A stretch of 64,000 nucleotides of DNA from an uncultured Chloroflexia bacterium (GTDB taxonomy: Bacteria > Chloroflexota > Limnocylindria > Limnocylindrales > CSP1-4): contig CAVYBA010000002.1 in assembly GCA_963766675.1 (NCBI GenBank), positions 2,170,806-2,234,805 on the forward strand, written 5' to 3'. Within the stretch, counting starts at the first letter, position 1; each line of letters opens with the position of its first letter. A program made the translations under genes and the position numbers. Positions 1 through 8,991 of the stretch are shown in pieces. The notes under the pieces are model-generated. The model saw nothing but the letters and a program-made list of their open reading frames with translations, had not been told where the DNA came from and made no database searches.

Positions 1-2
1 TC

Positions 3-17
3 GCTATTGTCAATAGC
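3..17. promoter_or_regulatory. Perfect 15-bp palindrome GCTATTGTCAATAGC, candidate operator of the adjacent TetR-family repressor
   Basis: Read directly as GCTATTG-T-CAATAGC, 14 nt upstream of the ATG at 32. It is more AT-rich than its surroundings. TetR repressors commonly autoregulate through such dyads. Confidence 0.4.
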
Positions 18-31
18 CATGGAGCGAGACC

Positions 32-589
32 ATGCCGACACCGGCCCGAACCTCGATCGACGCGATCATCGCCGCTGCACGCGCCATCCTCGACGCCGAC
101 GGGCTCGACGGCTTGACGATGTCGCGCGTCGCCGCCGCCGTCGGCGTTCGTGCGCCGTCGCTCTACAAGCGCGTCAAGGACCGAGGCGCGCTCGTTCGCC
201 TCATCGCGAACGACGTCGCGAACGAGCTGACGATCGAGCTCGATGCCGCCGCGTTGAGCGGGGACCCGAGCCTGGACCTGCGCGCGATCGCCAGCGCCTT
301 CCGGACCTGGGCACTCGCCCATCCGGAGGCCTATCACCTGCTGTTCGATCGGCTGCCCGAGGGCGAGCGCGTGGACCCCGATGTCAATGCGCGATCGGCA
401 GCCGCGCTCCTGCGGACCGCGGCCGAGCTCGCCGGTGAAGCGCATGCCCTCGAGGCGGCCCGGACCGTGGTCGCCTGGGCCAACGGCTTCCTCAACATGG
501 AGCTGGCCGGCGCGTTCCGGCTGGGTGGCGACGTGGACGCCGCGTTCGATTACGGCGTGGAGCGCCTGACGCGCGCAATCCGGGCGTGA
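32..589 (+). CDS. TetR/AcrR family transcriptional regulator
   Basis: 185 aa. N-terminal HTH LTMSRVAAAVGVRAPSLYKRV is typical of TetR_N, followed by a helical C-terminal domain. Confidence 0.85.
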   Translation: MPTPARTSIDAIIAAARAILDADGLDGLTMSRVAAAVGVRAPSLYKRVKDRGALVRLIANDVANELTIELDAAALSGDPSLDLRAIASAFRTWALAHPEAYHLLFDRLPEGERVDPDVNARSAAALLRTAAELAGEAHALEAARTVVAWANGFLNMELAGAFRLGGDVDAAFDYGVERLTRAIRA

Positions 590-681
590 CGCGGCGGACC
601 GGCCGGTCGGCCGAAGAGCGCGGACACTCGGCTCTTGACCGGCACCGGAGCCTGGCGCAGGGTTGACGTAACACACGAGGC

Positions 682-900
682 ATGGCGATGGGCGAACACG
701 ACAGGCGACGACCCGAGCACAACGCCGGCGCGTTCCTGGGACCCGACCTCCTGGTCCCCGTCCCGATGCGGACGCTCAGCGACGACTACCACGACGAGCC
801 CGCCGAACCCGAGGACGCGGCGCGGGAACCCGAGCCCGAGCGGTCGGGGCGCCTGCGCCGTGCCCTCGATCGGTGGACCCGTCACGCCGAGCGTCGTTGA
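682..900 (+). CDS. hypothetical small acidic protein (72 aa)
   Basis: ATG-initiated ORF whose third codon positions are strongly G/C-biased, like real genes here. No recognisable motif. Convergent with cydC. Confidence 0.3.
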   Translation: MAMGEHDRRRPEHNAGAFLGPDLLVPVPMRTLSDDYHDEPAEPEDAAREPEPERSGRLRRALDRWTRHAERR

Positions 901-903
901 CCG

Positions 904-2574
904 TCAGCCGACCCTGACAAGCGCGCGGCCGAGATCGACCGTCGCCTGCGGCGAGACGGCGGCCATCAGTTCCGGGCGGTGGGTGATGAAGATGGCGGTC
1001 CGGCCGCGCGCAGCTTCGAGCAGGTCGGCCGTCAGGGCGGTCGCGGTCGCCTCGTCGAGGTGCTCGGTCGGCTCGTCGAAGATGAGGATCGGACGATCGG
1101 CCAGGATCGCGCGAGCCAGCTCGATCCGCTGGCGCTGACCGCCCGACAGTCGAGCACCGGCTTCTCCGACGAACGTACCCAGGCCGTCCAGCAGCGTGTC
1201 GATCCAGTCGAGCAGGCGCGCTCGGCCGAGCGCCGCGCGCACGTCGTCATCGGACGCCCCGGGTCGCGCCAACCGGACGTTCTCGGCGATCGTCGAGTCG
1301 AACAGGTGGGCGTCCTGCCCGCACAGGCCGACGACACGCCGGACGTCGTCGGCCGCGAGACGGCGGAGGTCGACAGATCCGGACGCGGCGACCAGCTCCA
1401 CCGTGCCGGCCGACGGATCGAGGAACCGCAGCAGGACGGCGGCGAGCGTGGTCTTGCCTGAACCGCTGGGACCGGTCACCAGGGCGCGCTCCCCTGCCCC
1501 GAGCTCGAGATGAAGGCCGTCGAGGACGTCCGGTGCCGTGGCCGCGTAACGCGCCGCAAGGCCCCGGATCCGGATCCCGTAGGGGCCTGCGGGCAGGGGC
1601 TCCGGGTCGGCGGGATCGGCGACGGGATCCGGCCGGGCGAGGATCCCCGCGAGGCGACCGGCTCCAGCCCGCAGCCGGGTCAGTTGCTGCGCGACCGGCG
1701 CCAAGGCGCCGACCAGCTCGTGCGCGGCGATCGGGAGCAGCACCACGACGGCCAGCGCGACGCCACCGACGGCACCGGCCCGGACGGCGACCATGCCTGC
1801 CACGAGCGCCAGCCAGACGGCGGCGCCGCCCGACAGCGACGCGACCAGGATCCCGACTCCGGCGCCCCCGGCCGATCGCGCCTCGGCCCGCTCGAGGTCG
1901 GCCGAGCGGGCGGCCAGCCGGGACAGCTCGGGACGGTCCACGCCGGCGGCGACCAGCTCGGGCGCCGCCTGGAGGAGCTCGAGCGCCGCGGCCGACAGGG
2001 CTCCGCGGGCGGGCGCGATGCGGGCCTCGGCCCGACGGGCGAGGGCCCAGCCGGCCAGTGGCGCACCGATCGCCGACACGACGAGGGTCACCGCCAGGAC
2101 CGCGCCTGCGAGCGGAACGAGGGCCGCGACCACGAGCACCGTCGCGGCACCGGCCACGACCGCGATCGCGCTCGGCATGACGATCCGCGGCCACAGGTCG
2201 ACCAGCCCGTCGACGTCGGCCACGAGACGCGACAGCAGGTCGCCCGAGCGCTGGTCGGCCAGCCCGGCCGGGGCCAGTCGTTCGAGCCGTCGATACGCGC
2301 GAGAGCGGACGGCGGCGAGGATCCGGAGCGAGGCGTCGTGCGCGGGCAGCCGCTCGGCGTACCGGAGGGCGCCGCGCGACACGCCAAAGGCGCGGACCGC
2401 CACGATCGCCACCATCAGGTCGAGGATCGGCGGCTGCTGGGCCGCCCGCGAGATCAGCCAGGCCGAGGTGCCGGTCAGCGCGATCGCGGAACCCGCCGCG
2501 CCGATCCCCGCGAGCAGCGACAGGGCGAGCCGGCCACGCACGGTCCAGCCGAGCCGGAGGACCTCGCGGATCAT
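904..2574 (-). CDS. cydC: thiol reductant ABC exporter subunit CydC
   Basis: ORF 904..2997 trimmed to the ATG at 2574 (MIREVLRLGW...), which overlaps the cydD stop as ATGA. TM domain plus Walker A GPSGSGKTT, signature LSGGQRQR and Walker B ILIFDEPT. Last gene of the cydABDC order. Confidence 0.85.
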   Translation of the reverse strand: MIREVLRLGWTVRGRLALSLLAGIGAAGSAIALTGTSAWLISRAAQQPPILDLMVAIVAVRAFGVSRGALRYAERLPAHDASLRILAAVRSRAYRRLERLAPAGLADQRSGDLLSRLVADVDGLVDLWPRIVMPSAIAVVAGAATVLVVAALVPLAGAVLAVTLVVSAIGAPLAGWALARRAEARIAPARGALSAAALELLQAAPELVAAGVDRPELSRLAARSADLERAEARSAGGAGVGILVASLSGGAAVWLALVAGMVAVRAGAVGGVALAVVVLLPIAAHELVGALAPVAQQLTRLRAGAGRLAGILARPDPVADPADPEPLPAGPYGIRIRGLAARYAATAPDVLDGLHLELGAGERALVTGPSGSGKTTLAAVLLRFLDPSAGTVELVAASGSVDLRRLAADDVRRVVGLCGQDAHLFDSTIAENVRLARPGASDDDVRAALGRARLLDWIDTLLDGLGTFVGEAGARLSGGQRQRIELARAILADRPILIFDEPTEHLDEATATALTADLLEAARGRTAIFITHRPELMAAVSPQATVDLGRALVRVG

Positions 2575-4253
2575 GCGGCGGCCGACCCGTCGTCGTTGTC
2601 CGTCGCTGCGCGCGATGTCACCTCGACGTTCCGATCGGCCACGGCGATGGCGGCCGGCCGGTGGGCGACCAGGACGACGATGGTCCTGGCCTCGCGCGCA
2701 CGATGAGCGATCGCCGCCAGGACCACCCGCTCGGTCTCTTCGTCGAGGCCGGCAGTGGGCTCGTCGATGAGCAGGACCGCCGGATCGCGCGCGAAGGCCC
2801 GGGCGACGGCGACGCGGCGCCTCTCCCCACTCGACAGCCCGAGGCCGCCCTCGCCGAGCGGGTACGACAGCTCGAATCCGCTCAACCCGACCGCGTCGAG
2901 CGACTCGCGAATGGTCGCGTCCGTCGCCTCCGGCGCGATCAGCCGGACGTTGTCGGCGACAGTGCCCGTCACCAGGAACGGAACCTGCGGGACCCATGCG
3001 ACGTGGCGCCGCCAGGCGATCGGGTCGAGCTCGGCGACCGAGGTCGTCTCGCCGCCTTCGCCAGTCAGGCAGATCGTGCCAGCGTCGGGCCGGACGAGCC
3101 CGAGGATGGCCAGTAGCAGCGTGCTCTTGCCGGCGCCGCTCGGCCCGGTCAGCGCCACGATCTCCCCCGGCCGGACCTCGAATGAGGCGGCGGCCGGCGC
3201 CAGCAGGTCGCGGCCCGGCTGGCGGACGGCGACACTTTCGATGCGCAGTGTCGCCGTCCGCAGGTCGGGGAGATCGGCCCGTGACCCGGTGTCCGGCAAC
3301 GGCGAATCGAGCAGCTCGAAGGCCGATCGCATGGCGGCCTTCCCCTCCTCGCTCGCGTGGAAGTGGACGCCCAGCTGGCGGAGGGGCAGGTACGCCTCCG
3401 GCGCGAGGATCAGGACGAACAGCCCGGTCCGCAGATCGAGGCTCCCTTCCACCAGGCGGATGCCGATCCCGACCGCGACCAGCGCCACCGACAGCGTCGC
3501 GAAGAACTCGAGCGCGAACGCCGACAGGAAGGCGGTCCGCAGCGACGTCATCGTCTCGACCCGGTAGGCATCGGTGACCCGCACGAGCGCCTCGGCCTGC
3601 GCCCTCGCGCGGCCGTACGCCTTGAGCGTGGGCAGACCCTGGACGACGTCGAGGAAATGATGGGCGAGCCGGGTGAGCGCCTGCCAGCGGCGCCGGCGCC
3701 GGCCCTCGACGGCCCGGCCGATGAGGACCATGAAGACCACGATGAGCGGCACCGTCAGCCCGACGGTCAGCGCGGCCACGAGGTCGGCGCCGGCGATCGC
3801 GAGCACGACGGCGACCGGCACGATCACCGCCAGGGGCAGCTGTGGCAGGTACCGGGCGTAGTAGGCGTCGAGCGAGTCGACGCCCCGGGTCGCCAAGGCG
3901 ACGATCTCCGCCGAGCCGTGCCCGCTCGCCCGCCCTGCGTTGAGCTGAACGCCACGTTCCAGGATGGCGGCACGGAGCCTGGCCTTGACGGACGCCGCTG
4001 CGCGATGGGCGCTGGCCTCGCCGGCCCAGGCGGCCACCGCGCGCGCAACCAGCACGGCGCCGAGGGCCAGCAGCGTGGTGGTTAACCCGTCGAGATCGGC
4101 GCCGGCCAGGAAGGTCGTGCTGATCGCGTCGGCCAGCAGCGCCGCCTGGGCGATCGCCAGCGCGGCCATGATCACCCCGAGCGCCACGAACACCCCGAGC
4201 CGGACGACCGCGGCGCGGCTCAGACCGAGCAGGCGGCGTTCGAGCGGCGTCAC
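2571..4253 (-). CDS. cydD: thiol reductant ABC exporter subunit CydD
   Basis: 560 aa. TM domain, Walker A GPSGAGKST, signature LSSGERRR, Walker B LLIDEPTAGLD. Lies directly downstream of cydB. Confidence 0.85.
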   Translation of the reverse strand: MTPLERRLLGLSRAAVVRLGVFVALGVIMAALAIAQAALLADAISTTFLAGADLDGLTTTLLALGAVLVARAVAAWAGEASAHRAAASVKARLRAAILERGVQLNAGRASGHGSAEIVALATRGVDSLDAYYARYLPQLPLAVIVPVAVVLAIAGADLVAALTVGLTVPLIVVFMVLIGRAVEGRRRRRWQALTRLAHHFLDVVQGLPTLKAYGRARAQAEALVRVTDAYRVETMTSLRTAFLSAFALEFFATLSVALVAVGIGIRLVEGSLDLRTGLFVLILAPEAYLPLRQLGVHFHASEEGKAAMRSAFELLDSPLPDTGSRADLPDLRTATLRIESVAVRQPGRDLLAPAAASFEVRPGEIVALTGPSGAGKSTLLLAILGLVRPDAGTICLTGEGGETTSVAELDPIAWRRHVAWVPQVPFLVTGTVADNVRLIAPEATDATIRESLDAVGLSGFELSYPLGEGGLGLSSGERRRVAVARAFARDPAVLLIDEPTAGLDEETERVVLAAIAHRAREARTIVVLVAHRPAAIAVADRNVEVTSRAATDNDDGSAAA

Positions 4254-4280
4254 GAGGGACGAATCGCTGGAGGACGCCGG

Positions 4281-5300
4281 TCAGGCGGCGCCTTCCGCCT
4301 CCTCGTCACGGGGCAGCTGGTCGAGGCCGACGCGGCGCCGGAAGACCCAGTAGGTCCAGCCCTGGTAGAGCAGGACGAACGGGGTGAAGATCAGCGCGAC
4401 CACGGTCATGATCCCGAGCGTGTACGGCGTCGACGAGGCGTTGCTGGTCGTCAGGCTGTAGGCCGCGTCCGTGCTGGACGGCATCACGTTCGGGAAGAGC
4501 GCCGCGAACAGGGCCACGGCCGCGAAGGCGATCGTCAGGGCCGTGCCGATGAACGCCCAGCCCTCGCGCCCGAGGCGGTTGGCGACCAGCGCCCCGACGA
4601 GCGCGAGGGCCGCCAGGACGGACATCACCAGCGACCCGGTGTCGCCCCGTTGCTCCTGGGTCCAGGCCAGGAAGACGACCGCCACGACGGCCGTGGCGAT
4701 GCCGGCGATCCCGGCCGTCCGGTTCGCCCGGGCGCGCAGCTCGCCGGTCGTCTTGAGCGCGAGGAAGACGGCGCCGTGGGTCACGAACAGGCCGAGCGTC
4801 GTCAGGCCGCCGAGCAGCCCGAACGGGTTGAGCAGCGTGAACAGGTCGCCCGTGAACTCATGCTTCGCATCGATCGGCACGCCGGCCACGATGTTCGCGA
4901 AGGCGACGCCCCACAGGATCGCCGGCAACAGCGAGCCGAGGAAGATGGCGGCGTCCCAGCGGAGCCGCCACGGGGCGTCGACGCGCTTGCCGCGGAACTC
5001 GAACGCGACGCCGCGGACGATCAGCCCGATCAGGATCAGGAAGAGCGGCAGGTAGAAGCCGCTGAACAGGGTCGCGTACCACTCGGGGAAGGCGGCGAAC
5101 GTGGCCCCGCCGGCGACCAGCACCCAGACTTCGTTGCCGTCCCAGACCGGGCCGATCGTGGCGATCACGGCCCGCCGCTCGCGCTCGTTCCGGCCGAGGA
5201 TCGGCAGCAGGATGCCGACCCCGAAGTCGAACCCCTCGAGCACGAGGTAGCCGACCCACAGGAACGCGATGAGGCCGAACCAGACCGTGGTGAGCTCCAT
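4281..5300 (-). CDS. cydB: cytochrome d ubiquinol oxidase subunit II
   Basis: ORF trimmed to the ATG at 5300 (MELTTVWFGLIAFLWVGYLVLEGFDFGVG...), the classic CydB N-terminus. Polytopic membrane protein. The Arg-rich upstream extension was rejected. Confidence 0.9.
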   Translation of the reverse strand: MELTTVWFGLIAFLWVGYLVLEGFDFGVGILLPILGRNERERRAVIATIGPVWDGNEVWVLVAGGATFAAFPEWYATLFSGFYLPLFLILIGLIVRGVAFEFRGKRVDAPWRLRWDAAIFLGSLLPAILWGVAFANIVAGVPIDAKHEFTGDLFTLLNPFGLLGGLTTLGLFVTHGAVFLALKTTGELRARANRTAGIAGIATAVVAVVFLAWTQEQRGDTGSLVMSVLAALALVGALVANRLGREGWAFIGTALTIAFAAVALFAALFPNVMPSSTDAAYSLTTSNASSTPYTLGIMTVVALIFTPFVLLYQGWTYWVFRRRVGLDQLPRDEEAEGAA

Positions 5301-5311
5301 CTCGACGCTCC

Positions 5312-6715
5312 TCAGTACGCGAAGACGGCCGGGCGCTCGGCGTCGTCGGCGTCGCCGCGGCCTGGCTCGCTGGGCAGGCCCGCCCGGATCCGACGGAGCA
5401 GCAGCCCGACCTCGACGACTGCGAGGCCGCCGTACAGCAGCGTGAACGTGACGAGCGTGATCGCGACCTCGAGGCTCGACGTGCCGGGCGACACGCCCGC
5501 GGAGGTGTCCATCAGCCCGAACACGATCCACGGCTGGCGACCGAGCTCGGTGAAGATCCAGCCGAGCGAGTTCGCCGCCAGCGGCAACAGTGGCAGGGCC
5601 ACGGTCGTGGCAACCACCCAGCGGTTCGGCCGGACCGCCCGGCCGCGCCGCATCAGCCAGAGCAGCCAGGCCGCGGCCAGGGCCGCGAGGCCGCCGGCGC
5701 CGATCATCAGCCGGAACGTCCAGTACGTGACCGGGATGATCGGCCGGTAGTCGCCCGGACCGTACAGATCCTGGTAGGCCGCCTGGAGGTCGTTGATCCC
5801 CTCGACCTTGCCGTTGAGGTCCCCGGTTGCAAGCAAGGACAGCACGTTCGGGATGCGGATGGAGAACAGCTCCTTGCTGCCGTCGAGGCTCCCGATCGTG
5901 AACACGGAGAACGAGGCGGGCTGCGACGTGTCGTAGAGGGCCTCGGCAGCCGCCATCTTCATCGGCTGGACGCTGGTCATGACCCGGGCCTGCTGGTCAC
6001 CCGTCACCAGGACGAGCAGACCCGCCACCAGCACGGTCGCCGCCCCGACCCGGGCGGCCGAGCGGAATGTCGAGTCGTCCGGCCCTGAACGGCGGGACAA
6101 GCGCCAGACGGCGATCGCCGCCACGAACGCCCCGGCGGTCAGCATCGACGCGGCGATCGTGTGCAGAAAGGTGATGACCGCCAGCGGGTTGGTCAGCACG
6201 GCGATGAAGTCGGTCAGCTCGGCCCGACCGACGGTCGCGTTGTACGAATACCCGACCGGGTTCTGCATCCAGGCGTTGGCGGCCAGGATGAAGTAGGCCG
6301 ACAGGATCGTCCCGATCGCGGCAATCCAGATCGTGGCCAGGTGAAGGCGTCGCGGCAGCCGATCCCAGCCGAAGATCCAGAGCCCGAGGAAGGTCGACTC
6401 GAGGAAGAACGCGAGGAGTCCCTCGATCGCCAGCGGCGCGCCGAAGATGTCGCCGACGAACCGGCTGTACGTGCTCCAGTTCATCCCGAACTGGAACTCC
6501 TGGACGATCCCGGTGACGATGCCGAGCGCGAAGTTGATGAGGAACAGCTCCCCGTAGAACCGGGTCAGCCGAAGCCAGGCCGGGTTGCCGGTCCGAACCC
6601 AGACGGTCTGGAACGCCGCGACCAGGAAGCTCAGGCCGATCGTCAGCGGGACGAACAGGAAGTGGTAGACGGTGGTGATGCCGAACTGCCAGCGGGCCAG
6701 GTCAAGGGCGTCCAC
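5312..6715 (-). CDS. cydA: cytochrome bd ubiquinol oxidase subunit I
   Basis: 467 aa. MDALDLARWQFGITTVYHFLFVPLTIGL... is a canonical CydA start. GAGGAGG RBS lies upstream. Confidence 0.92.
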   Translation of the reverse strand: MDALDLARWQFGITTVYHFLFVPLTIGLSFLVAAFQTVWVRTGNPAWLRLTRFYGELFLINFALGIVTGIVQEFQFGMNWSTYSRFVGDIFGAPLAIEGLLAFFLESTFLGLWIFGWDRLPRRLHLATIWIAAIGTILSAYFILAANAWMQNPVGYSYNATVGRAELTDFIAVLTNPLAVITFLHTIAASMLTAGAFVAAIAVWRLSRRSGPDDSTFRSAARVGAATVLVAGLLVLVTGDQQARVMTSVQPMKMAAAEALYDTSQPASFSVFTIGSLDGSKELFSIRIPNVLSLLATGDLNGKVEGINDLQAAYQDLYGPGDYRPIIPVTYWTFRLMIGAGGLAALAAAWLLWLMRRGRAVRPNRWVVATTVALPLLPLAANSLGWIFTELGRQPWIVFGLMDTSAGVSPGTSSLEVAITLVTFTLLYGGLAVVEVGLLLRRIRAGLPSEPGRGDADDAERPAVFAY

Positions 6716-6733
6716 CCAGAAGCCTCCTCTGTG

Positions 6734-6747
6734 CCGGGGATCCCCGG
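6734..6747. promoter_or_regulatory. 14-bp perfect palindrome CCGGGGATCCCCGG in the cydA 5' leader
   Basis: Read directly. It sits immediately upstream of the cydA RBS and could be an operator or an RNA hairpin. Confidence 0.25.
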
Positions 6748-6778
6748 TCAGGGTAGGTCATGGGCGCGCTCGGCGATT

Positions 6779-6860
6779 GGGCCGAATGGCAGGAAATCCC
6801 GGCCGCTTTCCCGAGGGTAGCTGCCATCTGCGCGTGGTCCCGGAATCTCGGGCCGAATGG
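6779..6860. promoter_or_regulatory. 11-bp direct repeat GGGCCGAATGG x2 in the cydA / PCuAC divergent intergenic region
   Basis: Identical 11-mers at 6779-6789 and 6850-6860. No protein-coding explanation. Confidence 0.2.
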
Positions 6861-6899
6861 ACCTATTCCGATCCAGGCGGGGTCAGTAGGGTCCTTCCG

Positions 6900-7337
6900 A
6901 TGCGTCCCCGCGTTCGCGTGCTCATCACCGTCCTCGCCACGATCGGGGCGATCGGCGCCTGCTCCGGTGCCGCCGCAAATCCCACCGTCGCTCAGTCGTG
7001 GGCGCGGCCCGCCCCGGCCGGGGGCGATACGGCCGCGTACCTGACGATCACCGGTGCACCAAACCAGGCCGACGCGCTGTTGTCGGCGTCGAGCCCGGCC
7101 GCGGACATGGTCCAGCTTCACGACGTATCCACCGACGCGTCGGGGATGACCGGCATGCACCCGATCGACCGGCTCGACATCCCGGCCGGCGCCACGGTGA
7201 CCCTCGAGCCGGGCGGGCATCACCTGATGGTCATGGGCGTGAAGCAGGAACTCGCGGTCGGCGGGACGATCGAGCTCGACCTGGTGTTCGAGCACGCCGG
7301 CACGATCGTCGTCCAGGCGGAGATCCGACAGGGCTGA
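6900..7337 (+). CDS. periplasmic copper chaperone PCu(A)C (DUF461)
   Basis: ORF trimmed to the ATG at 6900. Signal/lipobox-like LATIGAIGACSG. Cu(I) motif region PGGHHLMVMG. Confidence 0.8.
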   Translation: MRPRVRVLITVLATIGAIGACSGAAANPTVAQSWARPAPAGGDTAAYLTITGAPNQADALLSASSPAADMVQLHDVSTDASGMTGMHPIDRLDIPAGATVTLEPGGHHLMVMGVKQELAVGGTIELDLVFEHAGTIVVQAEIRQG

Positions 7338-7338
7338 C

Positions 7339-8991
7339 GTGTCCGATCGTCCCACCATCTCGCCACCGGAAGACACATCCGTCCGGGTCCTCGACGGCGG
7401 GTTCTGGCTGGTCGTGGCGATGGCCGGCGTGCTGCTGGTCCTGGTCGTGGCGATGGTGGCGCGCGGCGTTCTGTCGCCGGAAGGCGGCGGCGCCGGGCCG
7501 GGTTGGACCGCCGCGGCCGTCGCGGGAGCGACCGCCGGGAGCGCGGCGCCCGGGGCCGCGACGCCGGCCCCGGTCGATGTGGCCGGCTTCCTCCTTCCCA
7601 CCCAGCGTGAGGCTCCGGCCATCGAATTGACCGACCAGGATGCCCGTCCCTTCTCGCTCACCTCGTTGCGTGGCGAGCCCTCGCTCGTGTTCTTCGGCTA
7701 CACCCACTGCCCCGATGTCTGTCCCGCGACGATCGGCACGATGGGGCTCGCGATGACGGCTTACGGACCCGGAATCCACGCGGTCTTCGTGACCGTCGAC
7801 CCGCAGCGCGACACGACGACCTGGCTCAACGAGTACGTCCGCTACCTGCCGACCGGGTTCATGGCGGTCACCGGCTCGGAGGACCAGATCCGGTCGACCG
7901 CCGACGCGTGGGGCGTTCGCTACGCCCGCGTCGAGGGGACGACGCCCGCCAACTACTCGATGGCACACACGGCCGACGTGTTCGTGGTCGACGCGAACGG
8001 CATGCTCCGAGCCCGGTTCCCGTTCGGGACGGAGGCGCCGGCGATGACTGCGGTCGTCCGCGAGGTCGTGGCCACGACGCAGGTGGCCGTTTCTCCAGCG
8101 GGCGCCGCTGCCGCCTCGGCGGCCCCGGCGGCGCCATCGGCGCCATCGGCGACGCCCGCCGCCGATGTGCCAGAGCTCGACGTGACGGTCGTCTCGTCCG
8201 CCGTCTGGGCCGGTCCGTCAACACCGGTCATCCTCACCCTCAAGCACGCGGGCGCGCCCCTGAACGACCCCAATCTCCACCCGTCGGTCCAGCTCGAGAA
8301 CGCGTTCGGGGCGCCCGTCGGCATCCCGGTCGACGCCGTCGGGGTCCAGCCGCCGGGCGTGGAGACCGTGTCTTACGTCGCGGAACTATCGATCTCGGCG
8401 CCGGGCGCGTGGCGGATCGCGGTGGCCGGGACGATTGGCGGCGTGACGCTGGCCGGCTGGGCGCCGCTGACGGCGTCCGACCCGGGCGCGACCGCGCCGA
8501 TCGGCGGGCCGGCACCGACTGCCCACACGCCGACGCTCGCCGACGTCGGCGGCAACCCGCGGGCCGTGACCACCGACCCGGCGCCCGACCTCCGGCTGTC
8601 GCAGACGTCGACGACAGACGCGCTGTCGGCGGGCCAGCCGTTCGTGCTCGTGATCGACTCGACCAAGTTTCGGGTCTCGCCGGTGTGCGGTCGGGCGATC
8701 ATCATGGCCCGCAACCTGCTCGATCGGTGGCGCGATATCGCGTTCATCCACCTCGAGCCGTTCCGCTACGCCGTCGTGACCGACACGCCCGTCCTCGACG
8801 GCAGCCTCGACAACCCCAGCCTGACCGATCCGGCCGCCGCCTGGGGGATCGGCGGATCGCCATGGGGCGCAAGGTCGATGCCGTGGGTCTTCGTGGTCGA
8901 CGGCCACGGCGTCGTCCGCGCCAAGTACCAGGGCGTGAGCGGCAGCGCCGACGTCGACGTGATCGTGTCGCTGATCGAGCAGGGAGGATGA
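7339..8991 (+). CDS. SCO1/SenC-family copper chaperone fused to a large C-terminal extension
   Basis: GTG start 1 nt after the PCuAC stop. N-terminal TM helix. SCO1 motifs FFGYTHCPDVCP and MAHTADVFVVD. About 300 extra residues, including a second thioredoxin-like segment. Confidence 0.8.
   Translation: MSDRPTISPPEDTSVRVLDGGFWLVVAMAGVLLVLVVAMVARGVLSPEGGGAGPGWTAAAVAGATAGSAAPGAATPAPVDVAGFLLPTQREAPAIELTDQDARPFSLTSLRGEPSLVFFGYTHCPDVCPATIGTMGLAMTAYGPGIHAVFVTVDPQRDTTTWLNEYVRYLPTGFMAVTGSEDQIRSTADAWGVRYARVEGTTPANYSMAHTADVFVVDANGMLRARFPFGTEAPAMTAVVREVVATTQVAVSPAGAAAASAAPAAPSAPSATPAADVPELDVTVVSSAVWAGPSTPVILTLKHAGAPLNDPNLHPSVQLENAFGAPVGIPVDAVGVQPPGVETVSYVAELSISAPGAWRIAVAGTIGGVTLAGWAPLTASDPGATAPIGGPAPTAHTPTLADVGGNPRAVTTDPAPDLRLSQTSTTDALSAGQPFVLVIDSTKFRVSPVCGRAIIMARNLLDRWRDIAFIHLEPFRYAVVTDTPVLDGSLDNPSLTDPAAAWGIGGSPWGARSMPWVFVVDGHGVVRAKYQGVSGSADVDVIVSLIEQGG

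Noticed and set aside
7908-8987. 360-codon N-terminal extension of the multicopper-oxidase ORF, and similar long extensions at 12321-13541, 37308-38267, 39842-40423 and 47517-48452
   Set aside because: The extensions overlap well-supported upstream genes in another frame and are Arg-rich. Internal starts give canonical N-termini and classic 4-nt stop/start overlaps.
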